Origin: a virus
Taxonomy: Duplodnaviria; Caudoviricetes
IMG/VR virus record: IMGVR_UViG_3300032163_000012
Span: 726 to 64,725 of that record
Strand: one strand, 5' to 3'
DNA: 64,000 nt
Every line of letters starts with the position of its first letter. Within the stretch, counting starts at the first letter, position 1. Shown piece after piece: positions 37,491-48,800 of this stretch. Under the pieces are notes generated by a model, which did not search any database, was not told the origin of the DNA, and worked only from the letters and a program-made list of their open reading frames with translations. The translations under genes and the position numbers were made by a program.

Positions 37491-39377
37491 ATGGGTATCA
37501 GGATCGAATATTTCGACATTTGGCAGGCTGGATATGGGGGGGCGTCCGTAGCGATTTACTTGGCTGGGACCAGCACTCTGGCAAGCGTGTATTCTGACGA
37601 AGCCTTGACCGTTGGCGCTGCAAATCCGCAGGTGCTGCAAAGCATGTCGCAGAGCGGGCGGAACTTCGGTAAATTCGCTAACCCAGTATATGTTGGCGTC
37701 GCCTACGAACTTTCCATCGACGGATCAGATCACACTGGCGTTATAGCCGTTCCATTGACGACCTTGGCCGGCGCTGACGCCAGCGGCGCTCAAGTAACGG
37801 CGGCCGGTGGGGCGGTCCCTCATTACCTATACGACATTGTGGCGCGCAACGTCGATGTTGTGGATAAAGGAGTATTCCTGTCCACTTCTACTCCAGGAGC
37901 GAGCGCGTCGACCAACAATACGACCCTCGCCGCGGCGATCGGCGCTGCTGCCGCCATGGGTGGCGGCATAGTGCGCGTGCCTCCAGGCGTGTTCGCCTTC
38001 ACTTCCATGTCGATCCCGGCGCGAACCCTTGTGAAGGGCGGTGGGCGCGACGTGACTACACTGCAGAGCCAACTGGCGGATAAGGTCGTCACCTACTCAG
38101 GTGATGCAGCCGGGCTCTCCGATATCACGATCGATGGCGTAATTCTTGGAGCCAACTCGATCGGCGTTTTTTCAAAGGCCAAGAACGAAACCAGGTTTAA
38201 CGATGTCTGCCTCAAGCGATTTGAGACAAACCTATCCGTGCAAGGCGCGCACCGTTCAGACTGGAAAGACCTTTACCTTGATAACGCTATAATCGGCGCC
38301 CTTCTAAAGGGTGACATCGCTTCATCGTCCGGGAACGATGGGGATGAGTTCAAGTTCAACGAATGGTCTGGTGGCCGAGTCACCAACTGCACTTCTATCG
38401 GAGTGTGGCTTGGATACGTAGATCAAAAGTGCTGGCATAACAGCATCAACGATGTAGGGTTCGAGCGTAATACTGGCGTCGCAATGAAGATCACCGGCGC
38501 CAGGTGGACCGACATGGACGGGTCATGGTGGAATCAAAACATCAACGATATCTCCATCAGTGATGGGGCTGACACAACCCTTATTGCTGACAACACCGTA
38601 ATTGGTTTCCACGTTTCAGACTTCACGACGTCAGGCGCATTAAACTTCGACGGCACATGCCAAGACGTGGTATTTGAGCGTGGTGAGTTCGCTTCTGGCG
38701 CGCTTACCCTGACTTCGATCAAAAACACGATCATCGCAAAGGATTGTACCGAGTCGGGTACGTTCTCGATCGCTGGAAACTCAGCAAGCCACTGGATGCG
38801 TGTGCGCACCAGCCTTGGAGATTGGCCGAATTCAACTGGTGTCACCACCGACGCCACTGCCACCGAAGCATGGGCCTATTCTCTCGCTCCAGGGGAGCGC
38901 GTTTTCCTGGAGGCCAAGGTTGTGGCCAACGGTAGGAATGTGGTCGACTACGCGGTGTATCACATTGCGCAAGGCGCCCATCGTCCTGGATCGACGCTTG
39001 CCTTCGACAATCAGACCGTAAATTTCACAGCAGGATCTATTGTCACAGGTTCATTATCAGGGGCAACGGCGAGAATTACAGCCATTGCAGATGCCGGGGC
39101 TACGGGCACTTTGACTTTGCGCGACATCATTGGAGAGTTTGTCAATGATGAAACTCTCATTGACGAAACTGGAGGGACAGCGCTTGCAAATGGCGTCATG
39201 GCACACCAGAACGCAGCGCTTCTCGGGGCCATAACTTCCGTGTCTGCTGCCGTTGAATCGGATGCAGCGTGGGCGTGCATTTTCACGGTGACAGCAGATC
39301 AGGTATGTGTCACTGTTACTGGCGCCGCTGCAAAAACGATCGAATGGTCGCCCGCTGTACAAATCACATCAGGGTGA
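37491..39377 (+). CDS. second tailspike (beta-helix)
   Basis: anchor TLASVYSD...ANPQ; NTTLAAAI...GGGIVRVPPG...LVKGGG. Confidence 0.75.
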   Translation: MGIRIEYFDIWQAGYGGASVAIYLAGTSTLASVYSDEALTVGAANPQVLQSMSQSGRNFGKFANPVYVGVAYELSIDGSDHTGVIAVPLTTLAGADASGAQVTAAGGAVPHYLYDIVARNVDVVDKGVFLSTSTPGASASTNNTTLAAAIGAAAAMGGGIVRVPPGVFAFTSMSIPARTLVKGGGRDVTTLQSQLADKVVTYSGDAAGLSDITIDGVILGANSIGVFSKAKNETRFNDVCLKRFETNLSVQGAHRSDWKDLYLDNAIIGALLKGDIASSSGNDGDEFKFNEWSGGRVTNCTSIGVWLGYVDQKCWHNSINDVGFERNTGVAMKITGARWTDMDGSWWNQNINDISISDGADTTLIADNTVIGFHVSDFTTSGALNFDGTCQDVVFERGEFASGALTLTSIKNTIIAKDCTESGTFSIAGNSASHWMRVRTSLGDWPNSTGVTTDATATEAWAYSLAPGERVFLEAKVVANGRNVVDYAVYHIAQGAHRPGSTLAFDNQTVNFTAGSIVTGSLSGATARITAIADAGATGTLTLRDIIGEFVNDETLIDETGGTALANGVMAHQNAALLGAITSVSAAVESDAAWACIFTVTADQVCVTVTGAAAKTIEWSPAVQITSG

Positions 39378-39381
39378 GGCC

Positions 39382-40794
39382 ATGGCCGGGCAATGGACTC
39401 CAATTGATCTTTCGGCCAAGCTCTTTCAGAACATCGAGGAAGCCGTTTTACGGAAATCTGCTTCTGCCTTGGAGAATTGTTTCATCAATGAGGCTGGAGG
39501 GCATTCTCGCTTCCCAGGACTAAAACCATTCGTTACCCTGCCAGGCGCTGCGCCGACCTACCTACATGCGTGGAAGGCGCCGATCGGCGATCTCGTCGCC
39601 GTATCAAACTCCAGGGTCTACCGGGTAAATCAAGAGGGCGCAATTTCAGACGTTACAGGAGTCCCCGTATCTGGTGGGGCGCGCGTCATCTTCGACGAAA
39701 CGGATAACGAGCTTGTCATGGCAGCCGGAGCGGAGATCATTCGCCTTGCCAAGGAAAAGACTGAAATCCTTTCAGCCGACGCGCCACTTTCGACCCACGT
39801 AGGCTACATCGACGGATACCTAGTGGCCGTCGAAGTCCACAGCGGCAGATTCCAGCACTCCACCGCTAACGCATTCAGGACGTGGGATCCTCTTGACACC
39901 TTCTCTGCCGACGGGAAGCCGGACGAGATCAATGGGCTTCTGGTGTCGCCATACCGCGAATTGCTTCTTACCGGCGTCGAGTCCGTTGAGCAATTCGAGC
40001 GCCTTCCTTCCGGGACTACCCCATTTTTCCGGCGCTGGTCTGTGGGTGAGGGTGTGCTGGCTCCGTACACGTTGGTTGCGGTAGATCAGGGCAATTTCGC
40101 CATCAACAGCAAATATGAATTCGTTCGATTTACCGGCCAGGTGTCGGAAGCGATCGGCGACGATATCGGGTACACCTTCGAGAAGGTGACAGACTGGACA
40201 GGGGCCTGGGCGACGCCAATACAGATCAAGGGGCAAAAATTCATTCTTCTGCAAATCCCGGAAGCGACCAATGCCTACGGCACCAAGGGCATCACCTGCC
40301 TTTACGATTACCGGCAAAAGAAATGGTACAACCTGTACGGCTGGTCGGGCGGGGTTCCGGCCAAGTGGCCAGGTTGTTCCTATGAGGAAATCTGGGGCCG
40401 GCGCTTCGTTGGTGGCAACGGAAGGATCTACGAGCTTGACACCGAAGTTTATGCAAACGACGGCCAGGTGCAGCGTGTGCTTGGGCGGACGGCGCCGATG
40501 GATCAGTGGGGGCCTACCTTTGTCGATAACGTGCGCATGCGGGTGAAGCGCGGCGTTGGAATCTCAAGTGACGACGGAATTGAACCGCCGAAGATCGGCT
40601 TTCGGTGCGTGCGCGATGGCCAACGCAAAACCAAATGGAAGTTCAAAAGCCTTGGGCGCCCAGGCGACGATTACAACACCATTCAGTTCGGGGCGATGGG
40701 GCATGCCTTGAGCACGTGGCAGTTCGAGTGGATGGTAACTGATGCCGTCAGCGTCGAGATTGTCAAACTTGAGGCGGAATTGAGGAAGGGATAA
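39382..40794 (+). CDS. tail nozzle/DNA stabilisation protein (P22 gp10-like)
   Basis: RFPGL, VGYIDGYL, SADGKPD, YDYRQKKW; 470 aa, beta-rich. Confidence 0.8.
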   Translation: MAGQWTPIDLSAKLFQNIEEAVLRKSASALENCFINEAGGHSRFPGLKPFVTLPGAAPTYLHAWKAPIGDLVAVSNSRVYRVNQEGAISDVTGVPVSGGARVIFDETDNELVMAAGAEIIRLAKEKTEILSADAPLSTHVGYIDGYLVAVEVHSGRFQHSTANAFRTWDPLDTFSADGKPDEINGLLVSPYRELLLTGVESVEQFERLPSGTTPFFRRWSVGEGVLAPYTLVAVDQGNFAINSKYEFVRFTGQVSEAIGDDIGYTFEKVTDWTGAWATPIQIKGQKFILLQIPEATNAYGTKGITCLYDYRQKKWYNLYGWSGGVPAKWPGCSYEEIWGRRFVGGNGRIYELDTEVYANDGQVQRVLGRTAPMDQWGPTFVDNVRMRVKRGVGISSDDGIEPPKIGFRCVRDGQRKTKWKFKSLGRPGDDYNTIQFGAMGHALSTWQFEWMVTDAVSVEIVKLEAELRKG

Positions 40795-42326
40795 TGACAA
40801 CATCGCTTGTCAACATCATCGAGCCTCCGCCTCGCCTGACCGGCGATGCGCAGCACGACACCGTTGCTGTGATTCAATGGCTCGCGTCGTTCTATTCCAA
40901 GGGCGTGCTTTCGGGCGGGTTGCTGCAAAACCAGAATCTTCTGGCATCACTCCCGCCAGTGCTTCAATCCATCGTTGCCCTGCAGGCGGCGGCCGACAAA
41001 CTAATGTACTTCACTGGGGCGGAAACTCTTGACCTTACCAGTTTGACGACTTTTGCTCGTACCTTGCTCGATGACGCGGACGCGGCTGCGGCAAGGTCAA
41101 CTCTTGGCGCCGGCACCGTCACCGCGGTAACTGGCACAGCGCCAATCGTTTCCTCTGGTGGTGATGCCCCGGCTATATCGATCTCAGATTTCGTAGGAAG
41201 CGGCGTAACTCACGCTCGCGGAGCCGTTCCTGATCCTGGCGCTGCTGCCGGAACAACCAAATTCCTGCGAGAGGATGCCACGTTTGCTGTGCCTGTTGGA
41301 GCTGGTGATGTAGTTGGTCCGGCTGGCGCTACCTCGGGGAACGTGGTGTTGTTCAATGGGGCGACTGGAAAGATAATAAAAGACGGCGGGACCTTGGGCT
41401 CTGCGGCATTCACAGCATCAGGCTCATACGATGTCGCTGGCGCGGCTGCTGCCGTAACGCCTACGACGCTTGGCCTGGTGATTGGGACACACGTCCAAGC
41501 CTACGACGCCGACCTTGTTACCTGGTCAGGCATCACGCCTGGGGCAAATGTCGGTACCGCTCTTGCTGTTGCGGTAGGTACCGACGGCGCATTTGTAGTG
41601 AAGGGTGGCGCTCTTGGAACACCGTCAGGCGGGACTCTGACAAACTGTTCAGGTTTGCCGGCCGCAGGAGTTGCAGGAACAGCGTTGGTTGCAGCGGCTA
41701 TCGGAGTCACGGTTCAGGCATATGACGCAGATCTAACTACGTGGGCGGGGATTACTCCAGGCGCGAACGTAGGCACGTTCCTTGCGACACCGTCGAGCGC
41801 GAACCTTCGCGCAGCGTTGACTGATGAAACCGGAACAGGCGGTGCTGTGTTTGCAGATGCGCCGCAGTTCACTACTGGTATTGGCATTGGCGCAACCGCT
41901 GCCGGCGCTGGAGGAATTGCATTCCCAGCTACTGCCGTGGCGGTGGCTGACGCCAATACGCTGGATGACTACGAGGAGGGGACGTGGACCCCCGCGGATA
42001 ATAGCGGGGCGTCACTCGCATTTACATCAGTTTCTGGTTCGTATACTAAGATTGGGAGGCTGGTGATTGCCTCCTTTCAATTCACGTATCCCTCTACTGC
42101 TGATGCAACCGCTTGCTCAATTAACGGATTGCCTTTTGCGATGGCTACCGGGCCGCAGGAGGGTGGATATTTGTCATTCAACCCGCTGACGATAGCCGCT
42201 ACAATTATTGGCGGAGGCGCATCGTCAACGTCATTTAGGTTTTATGGAACTAATTCCGGCAACCGGACGAATGCACAATGTTCGTTGCTAACGTTCCAGG
42301 GAACAATGATTTACCGTACAAATTAA
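40794..42326 (+). CDS. tail fibre
   Basis: FARTLLDDADAAAARSTLG, VQAYDADL x2, LRAALTDETGTG, ANTLDDYEEGTWTP, YTKIGRLV. Confidence 0.8.
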   Translation: MTTSLVNIIEPPPRLTGDAQHDTVAVIQWLASFYSKGVLSGGLLQNQNLLASLPPVLQSIVALQAAADKLMYFTGAETLDLTSLTTFARTLLDDADAAAARSTLGAGTVTAVTGTAPIVSSGGDAPAISISDFVGSGVTHARGAVPDPGAAAGTTKFLREDATFAVPVGAGDVVGPAGATSGNVVLFNGATGKIIKDGGTLGSAAFTASGSYDVAGAAAAVTPTTLGLVIGTHVQAYDADLVTWSGITPGANVGTALAVAVGTDGAFVVKGGALGTPSGGTLTNCSGLPAAGVAGTALVAAAIGVTVQAYDADLTTWAGITPGANVGTFLATPSSANLRAALTDETGTGGAVFADAPQFTTGIGIGATAAGAGGIAFPATAVAVADANTLDDYEEGTWTPADNSGASLAFTSVSGSYTKIGRLVIASFQFTYPSTADATACSINGLPFAMATGPQEGGYLSFNPLTIAATIIGGGASSTSFRFYGTNSGNRTNAQCSLLTFQGTMIYRTN

Positions 42327-42343
42327 AGTAGAGCGAGGACACC

Positions 42344-43774
42344 ATGGCCGAGGACAAATTCAACTCCAACACGCGCAGCCCGCGCTTTTCGACGACAAAG
42401 GCGCTTGGATTCAAGGGCGGAGGAATCAATGCGCAGACAGGGAACCTGCAACAGCCGACGTACCTGCAGACTGCTGGCATCAACACTGCGCCGCAGAAGC
42501 CAACGGAGCCAGCGGCAAAGGCAGCGGAACGCGACATCAATCCGGCGATCTCACAATTCAGCGCACAGAAACCTGCCGGTCTTGCTTCAACGCTGGCTAC
42601 TGGTGCAGGCACCGCTGTAGCTGGCGAGGCGATGAAACAGGGTGTCAGCAAAGCAGGCACCGCGATCGGCAGCGCGATCAGCAATTACATGACGCCGAAG
42701 GGCTACCTGCCTAGCGGCGGCTACTCGAGCGAAACCATGAGGCAGAGCTTCGCTGGTCCGGACAACATGAGCATGGACCCGTCGCTTGCCGGTGAGCGAA
42801 ACGCCGTGATGGAGCTTGGCGGCCGTCCTTCTGTACCTAGCTTCCTGCAGCCGCAGGATACAAGCACTGCCGCCGATTCATGGGACTTCGGCGCCAGCGG
42901 TGGGCTGGATTATGGCGTTGGTGCCGGGGACGCCGCATCTACGGCCGCCGACTCGTGGGACTTCGCTTCTGGCGCAGGCGATGTCGGATCATCGGTGGGC
43001 GACGCGGCGAGTGGCAGCATCCCTTGGGTAGGGCCTCTCATTCGTGCGTCGCAAGGTGATTATGGCGGAGCGGCAGGATCTGCTATTGGCGGCGCTATCG
43101 GAACAGCGGTATTTCCTGGAGTAGGCACGGCGATCGGGAGCGCAATCGGCGGCGCACTCGGTGGGGGCTGCTTCATCACCGAGGCCGTCATGTCCTCCGG
43201 TGGCGCTGACAACGGCATGGAACTCGAGGCGCTTCGCGGATTCCGCGACAACATTCTGGCAGCAACGCCACAGGGCCAGGCGATGATCGCCGAGTACGAG
43301 GCCATCGCTCCGGTGGTCGTCGAGGCGGTGAGCGCGCGGCCGGATGGCGTGCAGATATTTCAGCAGATCAAGGGCCAGTTTATCGATCCGGCCGTGGCTG
43401 CTGTCAACGCCGGCAACTTCCAGGAAGCGCTGCAGATCTACGCCAACATGATCGGCTTTGTCACGCCGTTCGCGGCCGAGGCGGCCGAGGCGGGCATGGG
43501 CGGGGAGGACCCCGACGCCATGAACCAGATGGGCGACCACGCTGCGATGGTGGGCAACAGCCCGGAACTGGCAGCCGAGGCGATGCCGGATGGCCAGGAG
43601 TGGCTGCCGCCGGAAGATGACGACATGATGGCTGGCGGCGGTATGATGCCCACAGGCGCGCCGATGGCGCCACAACAAGGTGGTGGAATGATCCCCAGAC
43701 CGGGCATGCAGATGCCCCAGATGGCGGGCCCACCGCAACCGCCCATCGGGCAGACGTTCGCACGGAGGTACTGA
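42344..43774 (+). CDS. putative ejection protein with glycine zipper and CFI-box-like domain
   Basis: GSAIGGAIGTAVFPGVGTAIG then GGCFITEAV...ELEALRGFRDNIL...G...IAEYEAIAP. Confidence 0.65.
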   Translation: MAEDKFNSNTRSPRFSTTKALGFKGGGINAQTGNLQQPTYLQTAGINTAPQKPTEPAAKAAERDINPAISQFSAQKPAGLASTLATGAGTAVAGEAMKQGVSKAGTAIGSAISNYMTPKGYLPSGGYSSETMRQSFAGPDNMSMDPSLAGERNAVMELGGRPSVPSFLQPQDTSTAADSWDFGASGGLDYGVGAGDAASTAADSWDFASGAGDVGSSVGDAASGSIPWVGPLIRASQGDYGGAAGSAIGGAIGTAVFPGVGTAIGSAIGGALGGGCFITEAVMSSGGADNGMELEALRGFRDNILAATPQGQAMIAEYEAIAPVVVEAVSARPDGVQIFQQIKGQFIDPAVAAVNAGNFQEALQIYANMIGFVTPFAAEAAEAGMGGEDPDAMNQMGDHAAMVGNSPELAAEAMPDGQEWLPPEDDDMMAGGGMMPTGAPMAPQQGGGMIPRPGMQMPQMAGPPQPPIGQTFARRY

Positions 43775-43775
43775 C

Positions 43776-44456
43776 ATGGCATCCTTCGACGGCTGGGACT
43801 GGGGAAAAATAGCGGGCGGGGTAGCGCAGAGTATCGTGCCGGCCGTCGCCACCTACTACGGCGCGAACAAGGTAGCTGACGCCAATCAGCAGGCGGCAAA
43901 CCTTGCAGCAGCGAACGCAGCCGCGAACCGCGGCGTGGTCACTGCGGCGAACGACAAGGCGATCAGCTTCCTGCAACCGCAGATCGACGCAGCCGCGCCG
44001 GCGCAGGACTACCTGCGCACCGTTATGGCGCAAAACCCATACCAGCTTAACCCGCAGCAGGAGATCGACCTTGCCGACAGGCGCCGGGCCGCTGTGACAG
44101 CGACGCCGACCGGACTGCGCGAATCAGGGCGCTACCTGACGGCCTCAATCAACGACGTGCAGAACCGCGGACGAGCCGGGATGATCGCGCAGAACACGGC
44201 GCGCACCGACGCAGCGGCGAACACGCTGGCTGCTCGCGGCGCGGGCGCATCGACCGGCGCAGCCAATCTTGCCTCGAACACCGGCACGCAGATGGTGGGC
44301 GTGAACAACGCCGGCACGGACGCCGCCGGCAACGCGATCACGGCGACGGCCGACTCGAACAACGCCTCCCTACAGAACATCGGTAGCTTCTTCGCCAATG
44401 CGATGAAAGGACGCTACGGGAGCGATCAGACGTACAAACTGGTGCCAAACAATTAA
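43776..44456 (+). CDS. putative ejection protein
   Basis: Ala/Asn/Gln-rich; position after tail genes. Confidence 0.6.
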   Translation: MASFDGWDWGKIAGGVAQSIVPAVATYYGANKVADANQQAANLAAANAAANRGVVTAANDKAISFLQPQIDAAAPAQDYLRTVMAQNPYQLNPQQEIDLADRRRAAVTATPTGLRESGRYLTASINDVQNRGRAGMIAQNTARTDAAANTLAARGAGASTGAANLASNTGTQMVGVNNAGTDAAGNAITATADSNNASLQNIGSFFANAMKGRYGSDQTYKLVPNN

Positions 44457-44468
44457 AGGACGGACAAA

Positions 44469-45854
44469 ATGGCCATCAACTTCGCAAGCGCCCGCCCGGG
44501 CATTGACCTGTTCAACGCCAATGTGGCGCGCGACGACGCGCAGCGCAGGCAGGAGGAGCACGACTTCATGCTCCGCAGGCAGTACGAGCAGGCGCAGGGC
44601 GCGGACAAGGGCATGCGCAACGCAATCGCGGCCTACTATGCCCAGAAACAACCAGCGGCCGTGGCTCCGGTACCGACGACCGCTTTCCATCCGACGCCTG
44701 CCATGGTGCCAAATCCCGCCGCCACGACGCCGGTGGTGTCGCCGGACCAGTCGATGAACCCTGCCGACAACCCGGACTACGGTGGGCCGACCAGCTCCGC
44801 GCCGATGCCGAACGCCGTCCCGCGCGCCGGTGTCGACGTGCCCGCGACCGTTGCCGCGCCTCCCATGCCTGCCGCCGCAGCGGCGCCAGCGGCAGCGCAG
44901 CCAGCGCCAGGAGCGCGCCAGGGCGGCGGCTTCGGCACGATGATGGGTGAACTGGCGAAGCAACCCGGTACCGGCGCATCGATGATGTCCCTGTTCGGCA
45001 CAGACCTTGCGAGCCAGCGCTCCGCTGGTGTCGAACGAGCAAAGCTACACCAAGAGGGACTAAAACTATTCATGGATGCGTCGAAAAACGACGATGTTGC
45101 GTCGATGCGCGCCATTGCTGCGAAATACGACTTCGGTATTCCGCCAGAGGTTCTGAACAATCGTGCCGTGATGGCTAAAATCGCTTCCATGGCCAAGGTG
45201 GCGAAAACGATCGGGATCACGGATGACGAGCGTGCCCTTGGATTCGCCAAGGGATACATGCACGCAGAAGCGGCTGGCGCAGACCCAAACACTTCGTTTC
45301 AGGCCGCAATCGCCGAAGCTCAAAAGACGCAACCAACCTTCAAAGCGGTGCACTGGGATCAGACACCCGAGGGCGAGGTAACTGGGTTCGACGCGCAGGG
45401 AAACGCAAAAGCTACAGGAGTGAAAGGGAAACAGCAGAAATGGCAGGTTTTCGGTCCTGGTGGCGCCGGCGAAAGACCAACCGCGACGGTCCAGAACCGC
45501 GACGACATGGCGAAGCGCCTGAAAGTCGCATACCCGGGCCTGGACGATGGCGTTGTGCAGCGCCTAGTGGTCAACCCGCGCGCCCAGATTACCGCACAGG
45601 ACATTATGCGCACCGAGGCGAGCATGCGCAAGCTCACCAACATGGGTCGCCCGCTCTACAAGACTGACGCCGAGGCGCACACCGCAGCCGTGGCGGCCGT
45701 TCGCGCCGCGCAGCGCGATGCTGGCGTGCTTGTCGGTGGGGAGGGCGCGCCTGGTGCTACAGCGCCTGGCCCTGCGGACAGCGGACCAGCCGGGCGCGTG
45801 CCGCCGCCGGTGCGCATGCGCTTTGACTCGAGTGGAAATGAGATCTCGCAATGA
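44469..45854 (+). CDS. putative ejection protein
   Basis: helical, Pro/Ala-rich; coupled to giant gene. Confidence 0.6.
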   Translation: MAINFASARPGIDLFNANVARDDAQRRQEEHDFMLRRQYEQAQGADKGMRNAIAAYYAQKQPAAVAPVPTTAFHPTPAMVPNPAATTPVVSPDQSMNPADNPDYGGPTSSAPMPNAVPRAGVDVPATVAAPPMPAAAAAPAAAQPAPGARQGGGFGTMMGELAKQPGTGASMMSLFGTDLASQRSAGVERAKLHQEGLKLFMDASKNDDVASMRAIAAKYDFGIPPEVLNNRAVMAKIASMAKVAKTIGITDDERALGFAKGYMHAEAAGADPNTSFQAAIAEAQKTQPTFKAVHWDQTPEGEVTGFDAQGNAKATGVKGKQQKWQVFGPGGAGERPTATVQNRDDMAKRLKVAYPGLDDGVVQRLVVNPRAQITAQDIMRTEASMRKLTNMGRPLYKTDAEAHTAAVAAVRAAQRDAGVLVGGEGAPGATAPGPADSGPAGRVPPPVRMRFDSSGNEISQ

Positions 45855-48800
45855 GCGTAGAGGCCGAGCTTAGCGACGGCACAATCCTCGAGTTCCCGGA
45901 CGGGACTGCGCCTGACGTCGTCCGCCGGACCGTAAAGCGCCAGCTTGGGCTGGCCGGGCCGGTCAAGCCAGCACCTGCGCCAGCACCGACAGCGGAGGAA
46001 TTGGCGGCCAGCAAGCCGGCGCGTAGCACTCTCACGCGCGGCGGGCAGCCTGTAATCCAGCCAGCCACCATGCCTGTCATCACTGAGCCTACCGGGTCAG
46101 TCATGGACTCGTTTGTGGCTAGGCCGCAGGAGCAGCTAGCGAACATAGCCCAGTCACTGCCACAAACGGAGATCGGAAATGAAACGACGCAACGCGAAGC
46201 GGTTAAAACCAATGACGGACAAATTGCGCTTGGCACTCAGGCGAGCGGCCCAAGGGTGGAAATTCCACGACGAAGGCGCGAAGCCACACCAGCCGAGTCT
46301 GTTGACGCCGCGGTAAAGCTGGCCGCCGACGTCGAGCGCGTGCGCAGCGCAAAGTATCTGACGCAGCCGACGATCGAGGAGGCGGCGCAGAGCAGCCTGA
46401 CGCGGCCGTTGACCGAAGCGGAGAAGCCGCGCGCGAGCTTGCGCTCACTGCCTGGCGACATCGCCACGGCCGCACGGCAAACGCCGAACGCTATCGCTGC
46501 CGGGGTTTCGTCCTTCCTGCAGGGCGGGGCACCGGAGGATGTATTCGGCTCTCCGGACTGGAAGAACGAGGCGATCAAGGAAGCGCGCTACAACGCGGAG
46601 CAGTCGTCCAAGAGCAAGGATTCGCAGGATAAGTACGTCGATTTCCTGGGGATCAAACTCAACCGGAACGATGTGCGCACGGCGCCACAAAATCTGGCAT
46701 TTTCCGTCGTTTCGATGGGCGCCTCCGTGCTCGCCGGGCTCGGCGGGTCTGTCGTTGGCGCGCTCGCCGGGCCAGTCGGATCGCGCGTTGTCGGAGCGGC
46801 CGCTGCTGGCGGCGCCGGCGGAGCAGCAGCCTACCGCATGGACACCAACAACTTCATGCGCGATTTGCGCCAGTACATGGACAAGGCTGCGCAGGGCCAG
46901 CTAGGGCGACCGTTGACGGACAAGGAGTTCATCGATGTCGCCACGGCGCCGTCGATGCACGACGCGGCGAAGCAGATTGGACTTGCCATACGGTCGAGCA
47001 AGAGCGGCCAGGCGCTGGCGCAGGAGCACGGACTGCACGAGGCCGGATGGGAGGCGATCGGCAACATGATTATGCTGGGCGCTGGCAAGTACATCATCAA
47101 AGAGGCGCTGAAAGGCGGGATCCTGAAACCGGCGCTCGGAGCCGTTGTAGGAACGGCCGGCGAAGTCGGAACGGAAATGCCCACCCAGATGGGCCAGCAC
47201 AACGTCGAAGTCGCCGCAGGCATGTCGCGCGAGGCGCCGCGGTCCTGGACAAGCGCATCCGACTGGTGGAAATCGTTCGAGGAAGTGGCCGGGCCAACCA
47301 TCCTGACCACCTTGGCAATGGGCGGCATGGCTGGCGGCGGCGCGGTGGCTGCGCGCGGCGTGCAGCGCATGGACGAGCGCCTGCGCCCAGGGGCGGCGAT
47401 CGGGCGCGCGCTCGAGGCCGATATCGCCGACCGCGGGATGCCGCCCGGAGCGGCAGACGCCGCAGCGCGCGCCTCCCTGAGCCTCCAGCCTGGCACGCCG
47501 GGCGACTTGTCCGCGGCGATGGCGCATCCGGGCACCTTGCAGGAATACATCGCCGAGCGCGACGCAAAGGCAGCAGAGGCCGCAGCCGTAGCTGCCGCAG
47601 CGCAGCCGCCCGTAGCGCCAGCGCCCGCCAGCGCGCCGGTAGCAGAGGCCCAGCCGCCGGCCGGAGCGCCTGTAGAGGCTCCTGCGGCACCGGCAGGAAC
47701 CCAGGCCGATGGCGAGCTGGGCACGTTTACGTGGATTGACGGGGAAGTGTCGCGCGGGACGTCTGAAGAAGGCGGAACCATACTCAAGCTCGGAGATCAG
47801 CGGATTCCAGTTACTCCGGAAGATGGGACGTGGGGGCCGGCGCCGGAGGGCGAGAACACGCCAGCGAAGCCGGTGAAGGTGGAAACGGCGCAGCACGTCG
47901 ACTTGGCCAGCCAGGGCATAGCCGCCGCGCCCACCGACGCGCAGAAGAAGGCTGGGACCTACCAGAAAGGCCACATCGACCTGCAGGGCCTGAAAATCAG
48001 CCTGGAGAACGCGAGGGGCAGCGAGCGCACCGGCATTGACGCCGACGGAGAGCGTTGGAGCACCGTCATGCCTGCCGCGTATGGATACATAAAACGCACA
48101 GAGGGCGCCGACGGCGATCAGGTCGACGTCTACGTGGGCGATGTCCCGGAAAGCCAGCAGGTGTGGATCGTTGACCAGATCGACCCTGCCACCGGAAAGT
48201 TCGATGAGCACAAGGTCATGCTCGGGTTCACGACCAAGGCGCACGCCGTTGCCACGTATCACACCGCCTTCAACGACAACAGCGGGCCGTCGCGCGTTGG
48301 TTCAGTAACCGGGATGTCGGTGCAGCAGTTCAAGGACGATTTCCTGAAAGGCCACGACCTAACCAAGCCGTTCGGGTATTTTGAAAAACGGCCAGCAGCA
48401 CCACAACCGAAGGAGGCACCAAATGCCCAAACAGTACGAAGCGATGCGGGACAAGTTCGCCAAGGGGGCGCCGAAGGACAGCCCGGCCTACAACCAGGCG
48501 CAGAGCAAGGCGGCGGCAATCTACAACAGCCGTCACCAAGCGGCACCAATGTCGGCCGCCCACCCGGAGGGGGCGCCGAAACAGTCACCGCGCAGCGGCC
48601 TGTCAACGAAGCTGGGCCGCCCGGCACCGGCGGGGATGCCAGCAATCAGCCAGTTTCACAGCCGCAAATAGGGAGAAACAGGTTCCAGCTCGATCGACAA
48701 CTCACAGCCTTGCGCCTCGACCACAAGAAGCTAGTGCAAGGTTTGCCGGTCGCCGAAGATATGGCGATGAACGACCGCGGTGCGAGCTTGACCCGGCTGC

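Noticed and set aside
35415-42326. Diversity-generating retroelement acting on the tail genes
   Set aside because: No reverse transcriptase and no template/variable repeat pair seen; the VQAYDADL duplication is an ordinary fibre repeat
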